Below, in pieces: positions 58,480 to 64,000 of a DNA stretch of 64,000 nucleotides. Positions within the stretch are counted from its first letter, which is position 1; each line of letters starts with the position of its first letter. Under the pieces are notes generated by a model. The model saw only the letters and a list, made by a program, of their open reading frames with translations. It was not told the origin of the DNA and made no database searches. Where the stretch lies: NCBI RefSeq assembly GCF_009914755.1, contig NC_060937.1; one strand, given 5' to 3'. Origin of the DNA: the human T2T-CHM13v2.0 reference genome, Homo sapiens. Both the position numbers and the translations under genes were made by a program.

Positions 58480-59444
58480 TGTATGGAATTCTTATAATTT
58501 TATGTTGCCTTGGAATCCATTTTGAATGTGACTCTTAACTTTTTCATACCAGAAGAGGGGTCAGTAACCCTTGTCAGAGTTTCCACTTCTCCACTGCCTC
58601 AGTTTCTTAAGGAGATCCATCCATATATCTGCCTTATACAACTGCCTGCTGGTGGCCACCTCCCTAAAGGATAAGTATATTCTACTTCGTTCAACCTCAT
58701 ACCTAGTATGGACTATGCAGATTGTCCTGGTGAGCCCCTTACAATCACAGCATGTCTTCTTGGAGCTCCTGCTTGCTAGCTTTAAATCCACCAACTAGTG
58801 GATTTAAAAAACTTGTGTGTGGTTTTCAGACTCGACCACAGGCAACGAAAAATAATTATCTGGCAGGTCTCATGGGAAAAACTGCTCTCCCCTCACTATA
58901 CTTGGTGCACAGCCCATACATTATAGCCCTTAAGGGGAGTTGCAATCAATAACTCAGGCCTCTCTGACTGGCCATGCACTTACACATGTCTGTATTCCTA
59001 GTGTGGTCCATTTCATTTGGAGGTTCTTTATCTGAATCCTTAGATAGCTTTGCTGAGATCACCTTATTGGAGAGAAGGAGGGGCAACCTTCTAGACACTC
59101 TACTCTGGCACAGTGCCCAGCATTTTCCCATTTCTAGCTTCCCCCGCTTGCCCTCTGTGTTCTTTTTCCATTTCCCACTCCTGGTTTCCATAAAAGTGCA
59201 GGAGATTTTGCTTGGGGCTCCCTGGCCCTATGACAACCCCCATTTCTGTGCTGAACTGCCTGATCTTTCACCAGTGTGGAATGGAAGATGGAGGGTAGGG
59301 GGAGTAGTGGAGGGAAGAGTAATGAGATGAAATCAGCACTTTTTCTAATTTAGTCTCTTGCTTAGTAATCCTAGTAAGTGATTAATCCTAGTAAGTGATT
59401 AAGGACTAGACTGTTACTTTAACTTTTGTTTTGTTGTTTTAACA
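58480..59444 (+). mobile_element. Long ERVL-group solo LTR (MER54/MER73/LTR53-like)
   Basis: tgtatggaattcttataattttatgttgccttggaatccattttgaat..cataccagaag..cagtaacccttg; TATA-like cataaaag near 59190; GC-richer than flanks. Family uncertain. Confidence 0.65.
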
Positions 59445-59664
59445 ATTTAGGAGAAAGAACTGAGCTGCTAGGAGCCAGAGTAGCCAACTAAAGCAATGAA
59501 TTGGTATACAATATATGATGAGTTAGTAGTAAATAAAAATTAAAAAGCATGGTAAAATTTAAAATCATGGTAAAGTAACTGCCAATTATGGAGCTGGTCT
59601 TTTTCTGAGCTTAGTCAGGAAAGACTCTTCTAAGGACATAATATCAGAATTCATATATTATATA

Positions 59665-59810
59665 CCAGTGTGTTTATTTGTGTACTTTCTGTCTCCCCAC
59701 TTTGAGTGTGGAGAGGGATTTTGCCTTGTTCCATGTTTATCCTCAGCGTCCAAAGGAGTGTCAGGAATTTTATGTTTCCTCTATAAATGTTTACTCACTC
59801 TATTAATGAA
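59665..59810 (+). mobile_element. L2 3' fragment
   Basis: tctgtctccccact..agggattttgccttgttc..tatcctcagcg..ataaatgttt. Confidence 0.55.
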
Positions 59811-60396
59811 TACTATTTTCTATAGACAGTAAAGTTTCACTTCTATCAGAATTACTATGAAGGAGAATCTATGCAGTTCAATAAGATGGAATTGTTTAAC
59901 GTGTATCTGTAGTATTATTTAAGAGCGATGTAGCAAAGTATATTCATTGTGATATATTGCTAAGTGTTAGGTATCCAACACTGCAAGTGAGATAGACCAA
60001 ACTAATGGGAGAACAATTTCGTCAATGTTTCCTCCTCAGATTCTCCAAAATAGTTAATATATCCCTGTGACACTTAATAGTAACTTATTTGCACAACACA
60101 TTATATTTATTCCAGACTAATTATTATGGTCTATCCTTTCCTACATTTTGTATTCTTATGATTCTCTTAAAGTGGTCTTTAGCTCTTTTTGACAGGATAA
60201 AAAAATCTAGGAAATATTTGACTTTTAAATATGTGAAGGTTGACAATGTGGCATATTTTAAATAATAGAAAATGTGCATAATTATAGATTATATTAAATT
60301 TAAAAACATTTTAATAGTGGTGCTATGTATCATGGGAATAACAGACAAAAATAATTACCCCCGCAATAAACAAATTCAATAAATTGACTTTCTGGG

Positions 60397-60418
60397 GTGT
60401 GTGGGTGTGTGTGTGTGG

Positions 60419-60450
<32 letters not shown>
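60397..60450. repeat. Interrupted (TG)n microsatellite
   Basis: Seen directly. Confidence 0.95.
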
Positions 60451-60451
<1 letters not shown>

Positions 60452-61594
60452 CACTTAGGAAAATGTTAGTCCCTGAGAGGTCAGAGGGTTTGGAGTGAGT
60501 GCAGAAGAAACCGAAAGAAATCTTTCACCATTAGCAATTCTAAGGCCTTTGTAAAAGTCTTCCTATACTGGTAATTATCCCATATTCTCATAGAGGGTTG
60601 GACTCAAGGAAGTAATAGGGCCATTAAACTTCATTACTCTTGCCTTTTCTCAGTTGTTTCTAAATTCTAAGAGCCCACAGATTCTGGAGAAAAAGATTTC
60701 CTATTGGTTAAAGAAATAAAATTATAGAAACCATATTCTTCATTCACACACATTCTAGGTTCTTTGTTTATGTACTTTTTTTCTATCCATTTAATTTCCG
60801 TCTTCTGATACAACAACAGCAATGAGGTTTCATTTGTTATTTGGTTAAATCTCAAATCTTCTGCAACATCAGTTTAATGGCATTAATTTCAGCTTCAGTT
60901 AACAAGTTTCCTTTCCTGAAGGCTTGTCTCCAACCTGTTATATTTTCTTCATTTATTTAATCTAGTTGTCAACTCAGGATATTTGTTGATAAATTGTCAG
61001 AGTATTTTCTGACTCTATAAGACTAATACTTTATGATTGAATAGCTTCTCTAACATAGCACCTTCTTTAATCTTGTGCTTAAAAATTCCAATTGCCAGGA
61101 TTTTTTAGGCATAAAATCCTGATGTTTGGGCTTCTTTCAGCTGCCAAAATAATTTAACAACTTTTATTAACATGTTCGCAGTCCTTAAATTTTGTGCAAT
61201 ATATTTCTTGAAACTTTAGTAATTGGATAAATGACTCCCTTTATTGAACTTGTTTGACTCTTCTGAAAGCTACTTTAAACTACAGCATGGCTACCTGTAT
61301 TATTTTATTATTTGATTTATTGTTCTGAAGCATTCTCTGGCCACTTGCCTACAGAGACATGGGAGAAATAATATGGAAAGGGTGTAATGTAAGAATGTAT
61401 AGATTTGGAAAGTGTAAAAATATGTTGTCCATATAGTACTCAAAATGCATTAATCAATTTTATTTTATCATACAGCTTCTGAGTGATTTTGATATGTCAC
61501 CTTTGAAAGAAATGTATACTAGCACATTCAATTCATATTTCTAATTTATTACATATATTATATATGTAATTTATAAGATATATATGTATATATC

Positions 61595-64000
<2,406 letters not shown>

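Noticed and set aside
58561-59330. Overlapping 66-118 aa ORFs
   Set aside because: Inside a GC-richer LTR where stop codons are rarer; no recognisable protein motif.
61077-61102. Short 9-bp hairpin caggatttt/aaaatcctg (also 13684-13706)
   Set aside because: Short enough to be expected by chance in AT-rich DNA.

Overview
This is primate, most likely ape/human, nuclear DNA. It is very AT-rich, CpG-poor and dense in repeats, typical of a gene desert or deep intron. I find no host protein-coding gene, tRNA, rRNA or CRISPR array. The only recognisable protein-coding sequence is the frameshifted ORF2 of a 5'-truncated L1PA3-like LINE-1 (54210-56898); almost all other listed ORFs are chance frames in Alu, L1, LTR or low-complexity DNA. 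The window holds nested MaLR/ERVL elements (THE1B inside a full-length MSTA beside an MLT2 end), many solo LTRs, layers of old L1, about 11 Alus, a probable BC200 retrocopy, MER58A and MADE1 DNA-transposon relics, and microsatellites. The most interesting unexplained signals are a pre-miRNA-sized 31-bp hairpin (19624-19693), a ~2.5-kb inverted MaLR arrangement, several palindromes, and a short ORF with weak resemblance to an integrase C-terminus. I see no convincing new biological system. Repeat subfamily names come from remembered consensus sequences and need RepeatMasker/Dfam confirmation. Boundaries of old repeats are approximate.
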